A DNA stretch of 64,000 nt from Rhodocyclaceae bacterium (GCA_047605765.1 JASGFB010000002.1:6142-70141), one strand, 5' to 3'; counted from the first letter of the stretch, positions 29,294 to 41,429 are shown. Numbers and translations: made by a program. The notes: generated by a model from the sequence alone, not told the origin.

Positions 29294-31111
29294 TTATTCC
29301 GCGTCGGCGCGGGCGGCGCGCTTGCGCTCGTGTTCCTTGAGGTGGCGCTTGCGCAGGCGGATGTTTTGCGGCGTGATTTCAACCAGCTCATCGTCGGCGA
29401 TGAACTCGATCGCCGATTCCAGGGTGAGTTGGATCGGCGGCGTCAGGGTGACGGCCTCGTCCTTGCCGGAGGCGCGGACGTTGGTCAATTGCTTGCCCTT
29501 GATCGGGTTGACCACCAGATCGTTGTCACGCGAGTGGATGCCGATGATCATGCCCTCGTACAGGCGGTCGCCGGGGCTGACGAACATGCGGCCACGGTCT
29601 TGCAGGTTCCACAGGGCATAGGCCACGGCGTCGCCGTCGTTTTGCGAAATCAGCACGCCATTGCGGCGCTCGGCCATGGTGCCGGCCATCGGACCGTAGT
29701 CGTCGAAGACGTGGCTGGCCAGGCCCGTGCCACGGGTCAGGGTCAGGAATTCACCCTGGAAGCCGATCAGGCCACGCGCCGGGATGCGGTATTCGAGGCG
29801 CACACGACCCTTGCCGTCCGGTTGCATGTCCTGCAGCTCGCCACGGCGGCGGCCGAGTTCTTCCATCACCGCACCCTGGTGGTTTTCTTCGACGTCCACC
29901 GTCAGCATTTCGTACGGCTCATGGCGTTCGCCGTCGACTTCGCGATACACCACGCGCGGGCGGCCCACTGCCAGCTCGTAGCCTTCGCGGCGCATGTTTT
30001 CCAGCAGGATGGTCAGGTGCAGTTCACCACGGCCGGACACTTCGAAGACGTCGGCGTCATCGGTGTACTTGACGCGCAGCGCCACGTTCTTGAGGAGTTC
30101 CTTTTCCAGACGCTCGCGGATTTGGCGGCTGGTCACGAACTTGCCTTCGCGGCCCGCCAGCGGCGAGCTGTTGACGATGAAGTTCATGGTCAGCGTCGGC
30201 TCGTCCACCGCGATCGGCTTGAGGCCTTCGGGCTTTTCCGGATCGCACAGCGTCACGCCGATACCAACCTGGTCGATGCCGCTGACCAGGATGATGTCGC
30301 CGGCCTCGGCCGATTCGGCCGCCGAGCGCTCCAGGCCCTGGAAGGTCAGCACCTGGCTGACCTTGGCCTTGCCACGCGACTCGTCACCGTACATCACCAC
30401 TACGTCCTGGTTGGGACGGATGCGGCCGCGCTTGATGCGGCCGATGCCGAGCTGGCCAATGTAAGTGGAGTAGTCCAGCGAGCAGATCTGCACTTGCAGC
30501 GGGCCTTCGGCGTCCACTTCAGGCTGCGGCACGTATTGCAGGATGGCTTCGAACAGCGGCTTCATGTCGGTGCCGGGGGTGCTGGCGTCGAGCATGGCGT
30601 AGCCGTTCAGCGCCGAGGCGTACACCACGGGGAAGTCCAATTGTTCTTCGGTGGCGCCCAGTTTGTCGAACAGGTCGAAGGTGTGGTTGATGACCCAGTC
30701 GGGGCGTGCGCCCGGACGGTCGATCTTGTTGATCACCACGATCGGCTTGAGACCCAGTGCCAGCGCCTTGCGCGTCACGAAGCGGGTCTGCGGCATCGGG
30801 CCTTCGACGGCGTCGACCAGCAGCAGCACCGAATCGACCATCGACAGCACGCGCTCGACTTCACCGCCGAAGTCGGCGTGCCCCGGGGTGTCGACGATGT
30901 TGATGTGGGTCTCGCCGTACTGGATGGCGCAGTTCTTGGCCAGGATGGTGATGCCACGCTCGCGCTCGATGTCGCCGCTGTCCATCACGCGCTCGGCCAC
31001 CTGCTGGTTGTCGCGGAAGGTGCCGGATTGGCGCAGAAGCTGGTCAACCAGCGTGGTCTTGCCATGGTCGACGTGAGCGATGATGGCGATATTGCGGATG
31101 GCGCGAGTCAT
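29294..31111 (-). CDS. typA: Translational GTPase TypA/BipA
   Basis: [32 protein letters not shown] and GRGELHL. Confidence 0.97.
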   Translation of the reverse strand: MTRAIRNIAIIAHVDHGKTTLVDQLLRQSGTFRDNQQVAERVMDSGDIERERGITILAKNCAIQYGETHINIVDTPGHADFGGEVERVLSMVDSVLLLVDAVEGPMPQTRFVTRKALALGLKPIVVINKIDRPGARPDWVINHTFDLFDKLGATEEQLDFPVVYASALNGYAMLDASTPGTDMKPLFEAILQYVPQPEVDAEGPLQVQICSLDYSTYIGQLGIGRIKRGRIRPNQDVVVMYGDESRGKAKVSQVLTFQGLERSAAESAEAGDIILVSGIDQVGIGVTLCDPEKPEGLKPIAVDEPTLTMNFIVNSSPLAGREGKFVTSRQIRERLEKELLKNVALRVKYTDDADVFEVSGRGELHLTILLENMRREGYELAVGRPRVVYREVDGERHEPYEMLTVDVEENHQGAVMEELGRRRGELQDMQPDGKGRVRLEYRIPARGLIGFQGEFLTLTRGTGLASHVFDDYGPMAGTMAERRNGVLISQNDGDAVAYALWNLQDRGRMFVSPGDRLYEGMIIGIHSRDNDLVVNPIKGKQLTNVRASGKDEAVTLTPPIQLTLESAIEFIADDELVEITPQNIRLRKRHLKEHERKRAARADAE

Positions 31112-31284
31112 AGGAACGTTGTGGGGGTGTGCGTTATGAGGTAAATCAGGAGGATTTACAAAAAGCCCTCGATTTTAGCACGCCAAGGCGGGGGGTGAGC
31201 CAGCGCAACTTTGTGACAAGGCGCATCCGCGCCGGCAGGCCATGGCATCGCATAAAATGGGCGGACTCATTTCCCGGGATTCCT

Positions 31285-32025
31285 ATGCTTGCGATCATTG
31301 GCGGTAGTGGTCTGTCCAAGTTGTCCAACCTGACTGTCGAGCGCCGCGAAGTCGTGCGCACGCCTTTCGGCGAACCCTCCGGGGCGCTCCTGTTCGGTCG
31401 CGTGTGCGACCAGCCCGCCGTGTTCCTGGCGCGCCACGGCTACGGCCATACGGTGCCGCCGCACAAAGTCAATTACCGCGCCAACATCTGGGCGCTCAAA
31501 CAGGCCGGCGCCCAGTGCATCGTGTCGGTGGCTTCGGTCGGCGGCATCCGCGCCGACCTAGTGCCCGGCGCGCTGGTGGTGCCCGACCAGATCATCGATT
31601 ACACCTGGGATCGCCCCAACAGCTTTTTCGATGGCGGTGAGACGCCGGTGGTGCATGTCGATTTCACCCATCCGTACGATCAGGTCCTGCGCCAGCGCCT
31701 GCTGGCTGCGGCCGAGGCTGCTGGCGAAGCGGTCTTCGATGGAGCGGTCTACGCCGCGACGCAAGGTCCGCGCCTGGAAACCATTGCCGAGATCAACCGC
31801 TTCGAGCGCGACGGTGCCGACATCGTGGGCATGACCGGCATGCCCGAGGCGGTGCTGGCACGGGAGTTGGAGCTGCCCTATGCTGCCCTGGCCATGGTGG
31901 TCAATCCAGCGGCCGGGCGGGGCGGCAGCGTCCAGGGCATTGAAATGCGCGCCATGGCGAGCACCACCGAAGCCATCATCGGCCGGGTGCATAACGTGCT
32001 GCAGCATCTGTGCGCCACCTGCTGA
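31285..32025 (+). CDS. S-methyl-5'-thioinosine/thioadenosine phosphorylase
   Basis: [34 protein letters not shown] and VVNPAAG. Confidence 0.88.
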   Translation: MLAIIGGSGLSKLSNLTVERREVVRTPFGEPSGALLFGRVCDQPAVFLARHGYGHTVPPHKVNYRANIWALKQAGAQCIVSVASVGGIRADLVPGALVVPDQIIDYTWDRPNSFFDGGETPVVHVDFTHPYDQVLRQRLLAAAEAAGEAVFDGAVYAATQGPRLETIAEINRFERDGADIVGMTGMPEAVLARELELPYAALAMVVNPAAGRGGSVQGIEMRAMASTTEAIIGRVHNVLQHLCATC

Positions 32026-32035
32026 GGAGAGGGAC

Positions 32036-32569
32036 ATGATCCGCGAAGTCCTCAAGATGGGCGATCCACGGCTGTTGCGCCGCGCACGCGAGATCGAGCG
32101 TTTCGATACGCCCGAGTTGCATGCGCTGATCGCCGACATGTTCGACACCATGCACCACCTGTCGGGCGCCGGCCTGGCCGCGCCCCAGATCGGCGTCGAT
32201 CTGCGCCTGGTGATCTTTGGTTTTTCGCACAACGAGCGCTATCCGCACGCCCATGAGGTGCCCGAGACGGTCCTCATCAACCCCGTGCTGGAGCCGTTGT
32301 CGGACGACATGGAAAACGGCTGGGAAGGCTGCCTGTCGGTGCCGGGCCTGCGCGGCCTGGTGCCGCGTTACCAATCCCTGCGCTATAGCGGCTTTGATCA
32401 GTTCGGGCAGCGCATCGAGCGCGAAGTGAGCGATTTTCACGCGCGTGTGGTGCAGCACGAATGCGATCACCTGGACGGCATCCTGTATCCGATGCGCATC
32501 ACCGATTTTTCCAACTTCGGTTTCACCGACGTGCTGTTCCCCGAGCTGGCGGGGCAGCCCGACGACTGA
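32036..32569 (+). CDS. def: Peptide deformylase
   Basis: [15 protein letters not shown] and QHECDH. Confidence 0.94.
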   Translation: MIREVLKMGDPRLLRRAREIERFDTPELHALIADMFDTMHHLSGAGLAAPQIGVDLRLVIFGFSHNERYPHAHEVPETVLINPVLEPLSDDMENGWEGCLSVPGLRGLVPRYQSLRYSGFDQFGQRIEREVSDFHARVVQHECDHLDGILYPMRITDFSNFGFTDVLFPELAGQPDD

Positions 32570-32602
32570 AGCTGCCCCATCGCCCGCGCGCCGCGCGGGT
32601 GA

Positions 32603-33376
32603 TCATTGCCAGTAGTTTTCGAACAGCATGCTGCCGACGAGTCCACGTCGGCAGGGCTGAAAATCCCGTTCGCGCAGCAATTCGCGCATATCGGCCGTAA
32701 AGCCGGGGTTGCCGCAGACCATGACGCGGGCCTCGCGCGCGTCGAGCGCCGCACCGGCGGCGAATTCCAGCGAGCCGTCCTGCACCATTTCCGGCATGCG
32801 GCGATTCAATTCGCTGGCGCCCGCCTCGCGCGTCACCACCGGCAGGTAACGCAACTGGTCCGTGTGACGCGACGCGCAGGCGCGCAACTCATCGCCGTAG
32901 GCCAGCTCTGCTGCGCTGCGCACGCTGTGCACGACGATCAGCCGTTCATAGCGCTGCAACACGCTGCCTTCGCGCAGCATCGATACATACGGGCCCAGGC
33001 CCGAGCCGGTGGCCAGCATCCACAGGGTGCGCCCCGGCGCCAATTGGGTTTCGATGAAGAATCCCAGCGCCAGCGGATCGAACAGCACCGGCTGGCCGGG
33101 TTCGAGGCGCGCCAGCGGCGCGGTCAACTGGCCGTCCGGCACCAGCGTGATGAGAAATTCCAGCTCCGCTTCGTGCGGGGCGGAAACGATCGAATAAGGC
33201 CGCCATACGATGTCGCCCCCTTCGCCGACCGGCAGACCGAGTTTGGCGTAATGGCCGGGCGAGAAACTGAAACCATCGGGCCTGGGAATGCGCAGCGACC
33301 ATTGGTGAGGCGCCCAGCGGAGCCATTGGGTGATCGGCTGCGGGGCCCAGCGGACGGGGGCGGCGGGGGCATTCAT
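32603..33376 (-). CDS. fpr: Ferredoxin-NADP+ reductase
   Basis: RPYSIVS, ATGSGLGPY, MVCGNP and C-terminal ENYW. Confidence 0.88.
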   Translation of the reverse strand: MNAPAAPVRWAPQPITQWLRWAPHQWSLRIPRPDGFSFSPGHYAKLGLPVGEGGDIVWRPYSIVSAPHEAELEFLITLVPDGQLTAPLARLEPGQPVLFDPLALGFFIETQLAPGRTLWMLATGSGLGPYVSMLREGSVLQRYERLIVVHSVRSAAELAYGDELRACASRHTDQLRYLPVVTREAGASELNRRMPEMVQDGSLEFAAGAALDAREARVMVCGNPGFTADMRELLRERDFQPCRRGLVGSMLFENYWQ

Positions 33377-33471
33377 GACGACTCTCCATGTTGAACACGA
33401 AAGGGCGGGCGCTCGGGCCGGACGCAGGCGGGGGCAGACACACTTTGCCGATTGCCCGCACTGGATGGCTC

Positions 33472-33487
33472 CTGTATTTTTATACAG
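33472..33487. promoter_or_regulatory. LexA (SOS) box
   Basis: CTGTATTTTTATACAG = CTGT-N8-ACAG, 25 bp upstream of the helicase start. Confidence 0.85.
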
Positions 33488-33511
33488 TTATCGAAAGCCC
33501 GCCCGTGTTTG

Positions 33512-35614
33512 ATGAATTCTGCCGCATCTTCTGCCCCCGCTGAACCGCCGTCGTATCTCGCCAAGCTCAACGCCGAGCAACGGCAGGCCGTCACCTATGG
33601 CATCGGCCATGGCACGCACGAGACGGGCCCCTTGCTGGTGATCGCCGGTGCGGGGTCGGGCAAGACCAACACGCTGGCGCACCGCGTGGCGCACCTGATC
33701 GCGCACAACGTCGACCCGCGGGGCATTCTGCTGCTGACCTTTTCGCGCCGGGCAGCGATCGAGATGACACGCCGGGTAGAGCGCATCGTCGGCACCCTCG
33801 ACGGCCCGCAGGCGCGTCTGGCCAAATCGGCGCTGGAATGGGCCGGCACCTTTCACAGTATCGGAGCGCGCCTGCTGCGCGAATACGCCGAGCACCTGGG
33901 CATGAGCCCGTCGTTCACCATTCACGACCGCGAAGACTCGGCGGATCTGATGAACCTGGCGCGCCATGACCTGGGCCTGTCGGCCAAGGACAAACGCTTT
34001 CCGGCCAAGAACACCTGCCTCGCGATCTATTCGAAGGTCGTCAATACCGAGCGCGCGCTGGCCGATGTGCTCGAAAACAGCTACCCCTGGTGCGTCGAAT
34101 GGGAAGAAGAACTGCGTCAGCTCTTCGGCCAGTACGTTGGGGCCAAACAGCAGCAGGCGGTGCTCGATTACGACGACCTTCTGCTGTACTGGGCGCAGAT
34201 GCTGACCGAACCGGCGCTGGCTGCCAGCGTGGGGGGGCGCTTTTCGCACGTGCTGGTCGACGAATACCAGGACACCAATCGCTTGCAGGCGTCGATCCTT
34301 AAGGGCATGAAACCCGATGGACGCGGGCTCACCGTGGTCGGCGACGACGCCCAATCGATCTATGCCTTCCGGGGCGCCACGGTGCGCAACATCCTCGACT
34401 TTCCCGATCAGTTCGATCCGCCAGCGCAGGTGGTGACCCTGGAGCGCAACTATCGCTCGACGCAGGCCATCCTTAATGCGTCGAACGCCGTGATTGGCCA
34501 GGCGACCGAGCGCTTCACCAAGAACCTATGGACCGAACGTCCGCTGGCGGAATCGCCGCGCCTGGTGACGGTGCGTGACGAAGGCGACCAGGCGCGCTAC
34601 GTGGTCGAGCAGGTGCTGGCGCGCCGTGAAGAAGGCGTCAAACTGACCCGGCAGGCGGTGCTGTTCCGCGCCGCGCAGCACAGTTCGCAACTCGAGATCG
34701 AGCTGACGCGCCGCAACATCCCCTTCGTCAAATTTGGCGGGCTCAAATTCCTCGAAGCCGCCCACGTCAAGGATCTGCTGGCGATCCTGCGCTGGATCGA
34801 AAATCCGCGCGACCGTGTGGCGGGGTTCCGCGTGCTGTTGCTGCTGCCGGGCGTCGGACCCAAAACGGCCGGCAAAGTGCTCGACGATATCGCGGCGGCC
34901 GACAACGCGGTGGCGGTGGTGCGCGCCGTCAAGCCGCCCCCGTTGGCCGCCGATGACTGGAAGCATTTGTGCGACATGCTGGCGGTGGCCCGTTCTGGCA
35001 ATGCGTCGTGGCCCGCCGAGTTCGAATGGGTGCGGCGCTGGTACGCGCCACAGCTCGAACGCAAGCACGAGGATGCCGAAGTGCGCGCGGCCGATCTGCT
35101 GCAGATGGAAAAGATCGCCGCCGGCTACGCCACGCGTGAGCGCTTTCTATCGGAACTCACGCTCGATCCGCCCGATGCCACCAGCGATGAATCCGGCGCG
35201 CCGTTGCTCGACGAGGACTACCTCATCCTGTCGACCATCCACTCGGCCAAGGGGCAAGAGTGGGACAGTGTCTATCTGCTCAACGCGGTGGACGGATGCA
35301 TTCCTTCCGACATGGCGACCGGCAGCACTGATGAGATCGAAGAAGAGCGCCGCCTGCTGTACGTAGCGATGACGCGCGCCAAAGATCAACTGCAGATCCT
35401 CACGCCGCAGCGTTTCTATGTGCACGGCCAGGCCAGCCAGGGTGATCGCCATGTGTATGCCACCTGCACGCGATTTATTCCCGCCGCGCTGGTGCCCCTG
35501 TTCGAAGCGCGTGCCTGGCCGGTGGCGACACCGCCTGCGCTGAACACGCCGGCTACGCCGCCGACACAGGCCTTCATCGACATCGCCGCGCGCATGCGCA
35601 AGATGTGGCAGTAA
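33512..35614 (+). CDS. UvrD/REP-family SF1A helicase
   Basis: AGAGSGKT, VDEYQDTN, VGDDAQSIY, LERNYRS, STIHSAKGQEW and EERRLLYVAMTRA. Confidence 0.92.
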   Translation: MNSAASSAPAEPPSYLAKLNAEQRQAVTYGIGHGTHETGPLLVIAGAGSGKTNTLAHRVAHLIAHNVDPRGILLLTFSRRAAIEMTRRVERIVGTLDGPQARLAKSALEWAGTFHSIGARLLREYAEHLGMSPSFTIHDREDSADLMNLARHDLGLSAKDKRFPAKNTCLAIYSKVVNTERALADVLENSYPWCVEWEEELRQLFGQYVGAKQQQAVLDYDDLLLYWAQMLTEPALAASVGGRFSHVLVDEYQDTNRLQASILKGMKPDGRGLTVVGDDAQSIYAFRGATVRNILDFPDQFDPPAQVVTLERNYRSTQAILNASNAVIGQATERFTKNLWTERPLAESPRLVTVRDEGDQARYVVEQVLARREEGVKLTRQAVLFRAAQHSSQLEIELTRRNIPFVKFGGLKFLEAAHVKDLLAILRWIENPRDRVAGFRVLLLLPGVGPKTAGKVLDDIAAADNAVAVVRAVKPPPLAADDWKHLCDMLAVARSGNASWPAEFEWVRRWYAPQLERKHEDAEVRAADLLQMEKIAAGYATRERFLSELTLDPPDATSDESGAPLLDEDYLILSTIHSAKGQEWDSVYLLNAVDGCIPSDMATGSTDEIEEERRLLYVAMTRAKDQLQILTPQRFYVHGQASQGDRHVYATCTRFIPAALVPLFEARAWPVATPPALNTPATPPTQAFIDIAARMRKMWQ

Positions 35615-35618
35615 GGCA

Positions 35619-36353
35619 TCAACCCATCTGCATGCACGCCACCAGGGCGGGTGAGATGCCCACATAGGCGGCCCCGTCCGGCCCCACCCGCTGGGGGCGT
35701 GCCTGCGTACACACTTCGCGCAGTGCGGCCATGCCGGCGCTGACGCTATCGAGCACCGGCAGGTCAAAGTGTGGCGCCAGGCGATCGCCCCAGCCGGCCA
35801 AGGCGGCCCCGCCTACCAGAATGGCATCCACTTGCCAGCGTGCTGCGGCCCGTTCGCAGGCCGTGCGCACGTGGGTGAGCGCGCGATCGCCGCCGGCCTG
35901 CAGATCCAACCCCGATTGCGGCAGGATCTCGATGCCCGCCAGGGCCGTGGCGAGGCCGTGCGCCTGAGACAGGCGTTCGAGCATCGGCTGCCAGCGCGCA
36001 CCCCCTGTGACGACGGCAAAGCGCCCGTGGCCGGCTGCCGCACGCATCGAGGCCGTCGCCAGGCCCACGACGTGCGCCGGGCAGAGCTCTTCGAGCGCCG
36101 TCAGGCCCGGATCGCCGAAACAGCCGATCAGCACCGCGTCATGATCCTCGTGGGCATGGGCGGCCCAGGTGTCGAGTACGGCATGGGCCGCGACCGTATA
36201 GGCCGCCTCGGAGGCGATGTAGCGTGCGCCGAAATGCGCTGTCGCGGCATCGACGTGGGCACCCGGTAGCGCCTCGCGTGCGTGGCGCGTCAGCCTATCG
36301 GTGACGCTTGCCGTGGTATTGGGATTGATGATCAGGACGCGTGGCGTGCTCAC
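35619..36353 (-). CDS. Asp/Glu/hydantoin racemase family protein
   Basis: IINPNTT and IGCFGDPG; second catalytic site reads VGGAALAG. Confidence 0.85.
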   Translation of the reverse strand: MSTPRVLIINPNTTASVTDRLTRHAREALPGAHVDAATAHFGARYIASEAAYTVAAHAVLDTWAAHAHEDHDAVLIGCFGDPGLTALEELCPAHVVGLATASMRAAAGHGRFAVVTGGARWQPMLERLSQAHGLATALAGIEILPQSGLDLQAGGDRALTHVRTACERAAARWQVDAILVGGAALAGWGDRLAPHFDLPVLDSVSAGMAALREVCTQARPQRVGPDGAAYVGISPALVACMQMG

Positions 36354-37039
36354 GCTTGCAACCCCAGCAGTACGCCGAAGTCGTTTTCGGCCTCGGTGGA
36401 GGGTGTGAAGTCGAGCATGTTCTCAATGTGTGTGAGATGGCGGCGCATCAGGCGGCGTGCCGTGGCGCTATCGCCGCTGGTCATCGCCGACAGCAGCGAA
36501 TGATGCTCGGTACAGCCGCAGCCATAGGCGCCTTGCGGGCTGAAGGCCATCAGGATCAGCGAGGTGCGCGACACCAGTTCGCGCAGCATCTTTTCGAGCG
36601 TGGCGTTGCCGGCGCGCCCGGCCATCTCCAGGTGAAACTGCCCCGACAGCCGGATGGCCGAGCGGCGCTCACCGGCGGCATGCGCGGCGCGCTCCTGTTC
36701 GATCAATGCCGCCAGCGCGGCATGATCCTCGGCGCGTGCGCGCCGCATGTAGGCCTCGCACAGCGGGACTTCGACCAGGCGACGGGCATCGAACACTTCG
36801 CGCGCCTCGGTCATGGTCGGGCTTGCTACCGCCGCGCCGCGATTGGGTGTGAGCGTGACGAGCTGTTCGCTGGCCAGTCGCACCAGTACCTGGCGGATGC
36901 GCGTGCGCGATACGCCAAAGGCCTGGCCGAGCTTCTCTTCGGTCAGCCGCATGCCCGGCGGTAGGCGATGGGCGAGGATGGCGTCGACGATCTGTTCGTA
37001 GATGCCGGTGTCGGACAGGGGCGGCGTGCGCATGTCCAT
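36350..37039 (-). CDS. GntR/FCD-family transcriptional regulator
   Basis: LPPGMRLTEEKL...FGVSRTRIRQ wHTH plus FCD domain. Confidence 0.9.
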   Translation of the reverse strand: MDMRTPPLSDTGIYEQIVDAILAHRLPPGMRLTEEKLGQAFGVSRTRIRQVLVRLASEQLVTLTPNRGAAVASPTMTEAREVFDARRLVEVPLCEAYMRRARAEDHAALAALIEQERAAHAAGERRSAIRLSGQFHLEMAGRAGNATLEKMLRELVSRTSLILMAFSPQGAYGCGCTEHHSLLSAMTSGDSATARRLMRRHLTHIENMLDFTPSTEAENDFGVLLGLQA

Positions 37040-37041
37040 GC

Positions 37042-37917
37042 TCAGGCGCCCTGGCGTCGCCGTGCCAGCCAGGCCATGGCGCCGATGGCCACGCCCATGA
37101 CGATGAAGGACACCAGAGTCGTCATGGTGCCCAGCGCGTAGATCACTGGCGTGGTAGCCGTGGTGGTCAGCCCTTGGAGTTCCAGCGGCAGGGTGTTGAG
37201 ATCGCCGATGGCCTGCGAGGACCGTGCGATTTCGTCCCACGACAAGGTGAAGCCGAACATGCCGACGCCGACCACCGATGGGCCGATCAGGGGCAGCACG
37301 ACGTGGCGGAAGGTCTGCCAGGGCGTCGCGCCCAGGTCACGTGCGGCTTCTTCATAGGCCGGATTGAAGCGATTGAAGACGGCGAACATCACCAGCAGGC
37401 CGAAGGGCAGGGTCCAGGTCAGTTGCGCACCCAGGGCCGAGGTGTACAAGCCCATGGTGGTATTGAAGGTGGCGGCCAGTTCGTCCCAGCCGAAGGCTGC
37501 CAACAGGGCCTTGAGGGCGGTGTCGAGCAGGCGGAACTCCAGTCCGACGCCAAGCGAGACGACGATCGAAGGCATGATCAGGCTGGCCACCGTGACGAAG
37601 AACAGCACCGTGGCGCCACGCATGCCTTTGCGAAAGGCCAGGCTGGCGGATACTGCCAGCAGTACCGTGAGCGCCGTCACCGCGATGCCGAGCTTGAGCG
37701 AACGCCAGAACGCGGCGCCGATGTCGACAACGCCGACGCCTTCGAACAGCTTATAGAACCAATGCAGCGACCAGCCGCGCATGGGGAACACCAGGCCACC
37801 CTCCGGCCCCTGCAGGCTGAGCACGAAAATACAGATCACCGGCCCATAGAGAAACAGCACGAAGAGGGTGAAGAACAGGGCCAGGGCATAGAAGCTGAAG
37901 CTACGGTGTTCTTTCAT
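37042..37917 (-). CDS. ABC transporter permease (PotC-like)
   Basis: YEEAARDLGAT EAA motif; FTLSWDE. Confidence 0.88.
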   Translation of the reverse strand: MKEHRSFSFYALALFFTLFVLFLYGPVICIFVLSLQGPEGGLVFPMRGWSLHWFYKLFEGVGVVDIGAAFWRSLKLGIAVTALTVLLAVSASLAFRKGMRGATVLFFVTVASLIMPSIVVSLGVGLEFRLLDTALKALLAAFGWDELAATFNTTMGLYTSALGAQLTWTLPFGLLVMFAVFNRFNPAYEEAARDLGATPWQTFRHVVLPLIGPSVVGVGMFGFTLSWDEIARSSQAIGDLNTLPLELQGLTTTATTPVIYALGTMTTLVSFIVMGVAIGAMAWLARRRQGA

Positions 37918-37918
37918 G

Positions 37919-38836
37919 TCACAGCTCCTTGCGCAGATCGACCAGGCGCGTCAGGGCCCAGATGATCATCAGCACCACCGCCAGCAGGATCACGGCGTTG
38001 GCGGCGGCCATGGGGAATTGCAGATACGAGGTCTGCACCTGGATGATCTTGCCCACCGAAGCGATCTGCTGGCCGCCCATCACCCCGATGGTGACGAAGT
38101 CGCCCATCACGATGGTGATGACGAAGATCGAGCCGATGATGATGCCGGTGCGCGACAAGGGCACCACCACGTTCCACAGCGCCTGCCACGCGTTGGCGCC
38201 GCTGTCGCGGGCGGCCTCCAGCAGTGCGCGGTCGATGCGCATCATCGAGTTGAAGATCGGCACGATCATGAAGAAGGTGAACAGGTGCACGAAGGCCAGC
38301 ACCACCGAGAACGGCGAGTACAGCAGCCATTCCACTGGCTGCTGTACGAGCCCGGTGGATTGCAGGAACTGATTGACCACGCCGTTGCGCCCGAGCAGCG
38401 GCACCCACGAAATCATGCGGATGACGTTGGACGTCCAGAACGGGATCGTGCATAGCACGAACAGCAGCGTCTGCATGGTGGTCGTGCGCACGTGAAAGGC
38501 CAGGAAGTAGGCCACCGTGAAGCCGATCACCAGCGTGAACAACCAGGTCAGCGCGCAGTAGGTGAGGGTGGACAGGTAGGTCTTGAAGGTCACGCACATC
38601 TCGGCGGTGTTGCTGCAGCCATCGAATATGCTGACGTAATTCTTGCCGGTGAAGGCCGGGATGAGTTCGTATTCGGTGGCATCCCAGAAGCTCACCGCGA
38701 TGACCAGCAGCAAGGGCACGATGAAGAACACCGCGAACACGGCGGCGAACGGGCCAGCCTGTAACCACGCCGGTGCGGCACGCGCACGCAGCGGCGTGCG
38801 GATCGGGGCGGACACGGCAACGGGTTCGTTCATCAT
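37919..38836 (-). CDS. ABC transporter permease (PotB-like)
   Basis: IPFWTSNVIR and LLEAARDSGA. Confidence 0.88.
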   Translation of the reverse strand: MMNEPVAVSAPIRTPLRARAAPAWLQAGPFAAVFAVFFIVPLLLVIAVSFWDATEYELIPAFTGKNYVSIFDGCSNTAEMCVTFKTYLSTLTYCALTWLFTLVIGFTVAYFLAFHVRTTTMQTLLFVLCTIPFWTSNVIRMISWVPLLGRNGVVNQFLQSTGLVQQPVEWLLYSPFSVVLAFVHLFTFFMIVPIFNSMMRIDRALLEAARDSGANAWQALWNVVVPLSRTGIIIGSIFVITIVMGDFVTIGVMGGQQIASVGKIIQVQTSYLQFPMAAANAVILLAVVLMIIWALTRLVDLRKEL

Positions 38837-38907
38837 GGTGCAGGGCCTTTTGTTGCGGAGGGGCGGCGCCGGTGGGCGCCACCCCGGTTACATCGACATC
38901 ACACCGC

Positions 38908-40194
38908 TCAGGCGGCGACGAACTCGTTCCACTTCTGGACCATGTAGGCGTTCTCGTCCATCACCGCGTTCCAGCAGGCGATGGCGCCCATGCGCTGTTC
39001 GTACGAGCCACCGTCACGCACGGTGCCGGCCTTTTCGATCACGGTGCCGTCGGGGGCCTTGATGTCCTTGGCGGCGGCCTTGCCTTCCATCCAGTACGCC
39101 CACTCATAGGCTTCCATGTGCGACTTGGCGGTCTCCAGCACGGCCGAGTAATAGCCCTGGCGATTGAGGTAGGCGCCGGCCCAGCCATCGAGGAACCAGT
39201 TGATGAACTCGTAGGCCGCATCGAGCTTCCTGCCTTGCAGCGTGGCGGGCAGACCGAAACCCGACGCCCACGCGCGATAGCCTTCCTTGAGCGGCTGGAA
39301 GACGCAGGCCACACCCTGCGAGCGCACCTTGGTGACGGCGGGCGACCACATCGACTGGATTACCACTTCGCCCGAGGACATGAGGTTCACGCTCTCGTTG
39401 AAGTCTTTCCACAGGGCGCGAAACTGACCATTCTTTTTCGCTTCGATGAGCGTCTTGATGGTCAGATCGATTTCCTTCTTGGTCATGTTCCCCTTGTCCG
39501 GGTACTTGTAGAGACCCATGGCCTCGACCACCATGGCCGCGTCCATGATGCCGATGGACGGAATGTTGAGGATTGCCGCCTTGCCCTTGAATTGCGGGTT
39601 GAGCAGCTCGGCCCACGAATTGATGGGACGCTTGATGAGGTCGGGGCGGATGCCCAGCGTGTCGGCGTTGTAGGTGGTCGGGATCAGCGTCACGAATTGC
39701 GACGGCGACTTGGCGAACACCTTCGATTTTTCGCCTTCCAGGAACATGACCTTCTTGGGGGCGGTGCCCTGATCGCCCACCTTCTTGCCGGCCACTTCGC
39801 CGCGCGTGAAGAGGGTCGTGATCTTGTCGAAGTTCTTCACGCGGCGCGCGTCGATCCCCTTGATGTTGCCGGTGGGGACGATCTTCTTGAGCGAAAAGTA
39901 CTCGGTGTCGAGCAGGTCGAACGAATTCGGCGCGGTGACGGCGCGCTTGCTGACATCATCGGTGGTGACCGGGATGTACTGGATCTCAATGCCGGTGTCG
40001 GCCTTGAATTTCTCGGCGATGGCCTTGTCCTGGTTCACCGCCGTGCCCAGGTAGCGGAGGACGATCTTTTCCTGCGCCTTGACGTAGGGGAAGCCCGTGA
40101 TGGCGGCGGTGGCGACCGCCCCCTTGAGCAGCGTGCGGCGTGCCCCGTTGACCGGTTCGCTCTGGTCTTCCTTCTTCACTTCAGTCATCTTCAT
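38908..40194 (-). CDS. ABC substrate-binding protein, PotD/PotF-like, with a Tat signal
   Basis: ARRTLLKG twin-arginine motif; SWAELL; position between ATPase and permeases. Confidence 0.85.
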   Translation of the reverse strand: MKMTEVKKEDQSEPVNGARRTLLKGAVATAAITGFPYVKAQEKIVLRYLGTAVNQDKAIAEKFKADTGIEIQYIPVTTDDVSKRAVTAPNSFDLLDTEYFSLKKIVPTGNIKGIDARRVKNFDKITTLFTRGEVAGKKVGDQGTAPKKVMFLEGEKSKVFAKSPSQFVTLIPTTYNADTLGIRPDLIKRPINSWAELLNPQFKGKAAILNIPSIGIMDAAMVVEAMGLYKYPDKGNMTKKEIDLTIKTLIEAKKNGQFRALWKDFNESVNLMSSGEVVIQSMWSPAVTKVRSQGVACVFQPLKEGYRAWASGFGLPATLQGRKLDAAYEFINWFLDGWAGAYLNRQGYYSAVLETAKSHMEAYEWAYWMEGKAAAKDIKAPDGTVIEKAGTVRDGGSYEQRMGAIACWNAVMDENAYMVQKWNEFVAA

Positions 40195-40260
40195 CTCCGG
40201 ATGGATGGTCGTTGAGATGCCGGCCCCGCGCCGGCGCAGGTGATCGGGGGCGTGCCGGGA

Positions 40261-41277
<1,017 letters not shown>

Positions 41278-41310
41278 TGCATGCCCCATCGGTGTGTCCG
41301 GGGCTGTCAG

Positions 41311-41326
41311 AGCAACGGCTATGCCA
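41311..41326 (-). promoter_or_regulatory. sigma54 -24/-12 promoter
   Basis: Minus strand TGGCATAGCCGTTGCT compared with TGGCAC-N5-TTGCW. Confidence 0.8.
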
Positions 41327-41356
41327 TGCGCGTGATGGCTTGAGTCATTCTTTTGG

Positions 41357-41369
41357 AATCAATGTCTTG
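41357..41369 (+). promoter_or_regulatory. IHF site
   Basis: AATCAATGTCTTG matches WATCAANNNNTTR exactly. Confidence 0.65.
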
Positions 41370-41412
41370 CGGATGCAGGGTGCGCGATTTTGTATGCATT
41401 CCGCCGGCCGAT

Positions 41413-41429
41413 TGCACGCAATCGGTGCG
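41413..41429. promoter_or_regulatory. NtrC-like upstream activator site
   Basis: TGCACGCAATCGGTGCG compared with TGCACC-N5-GGTGCA. Confidence 0.55.
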
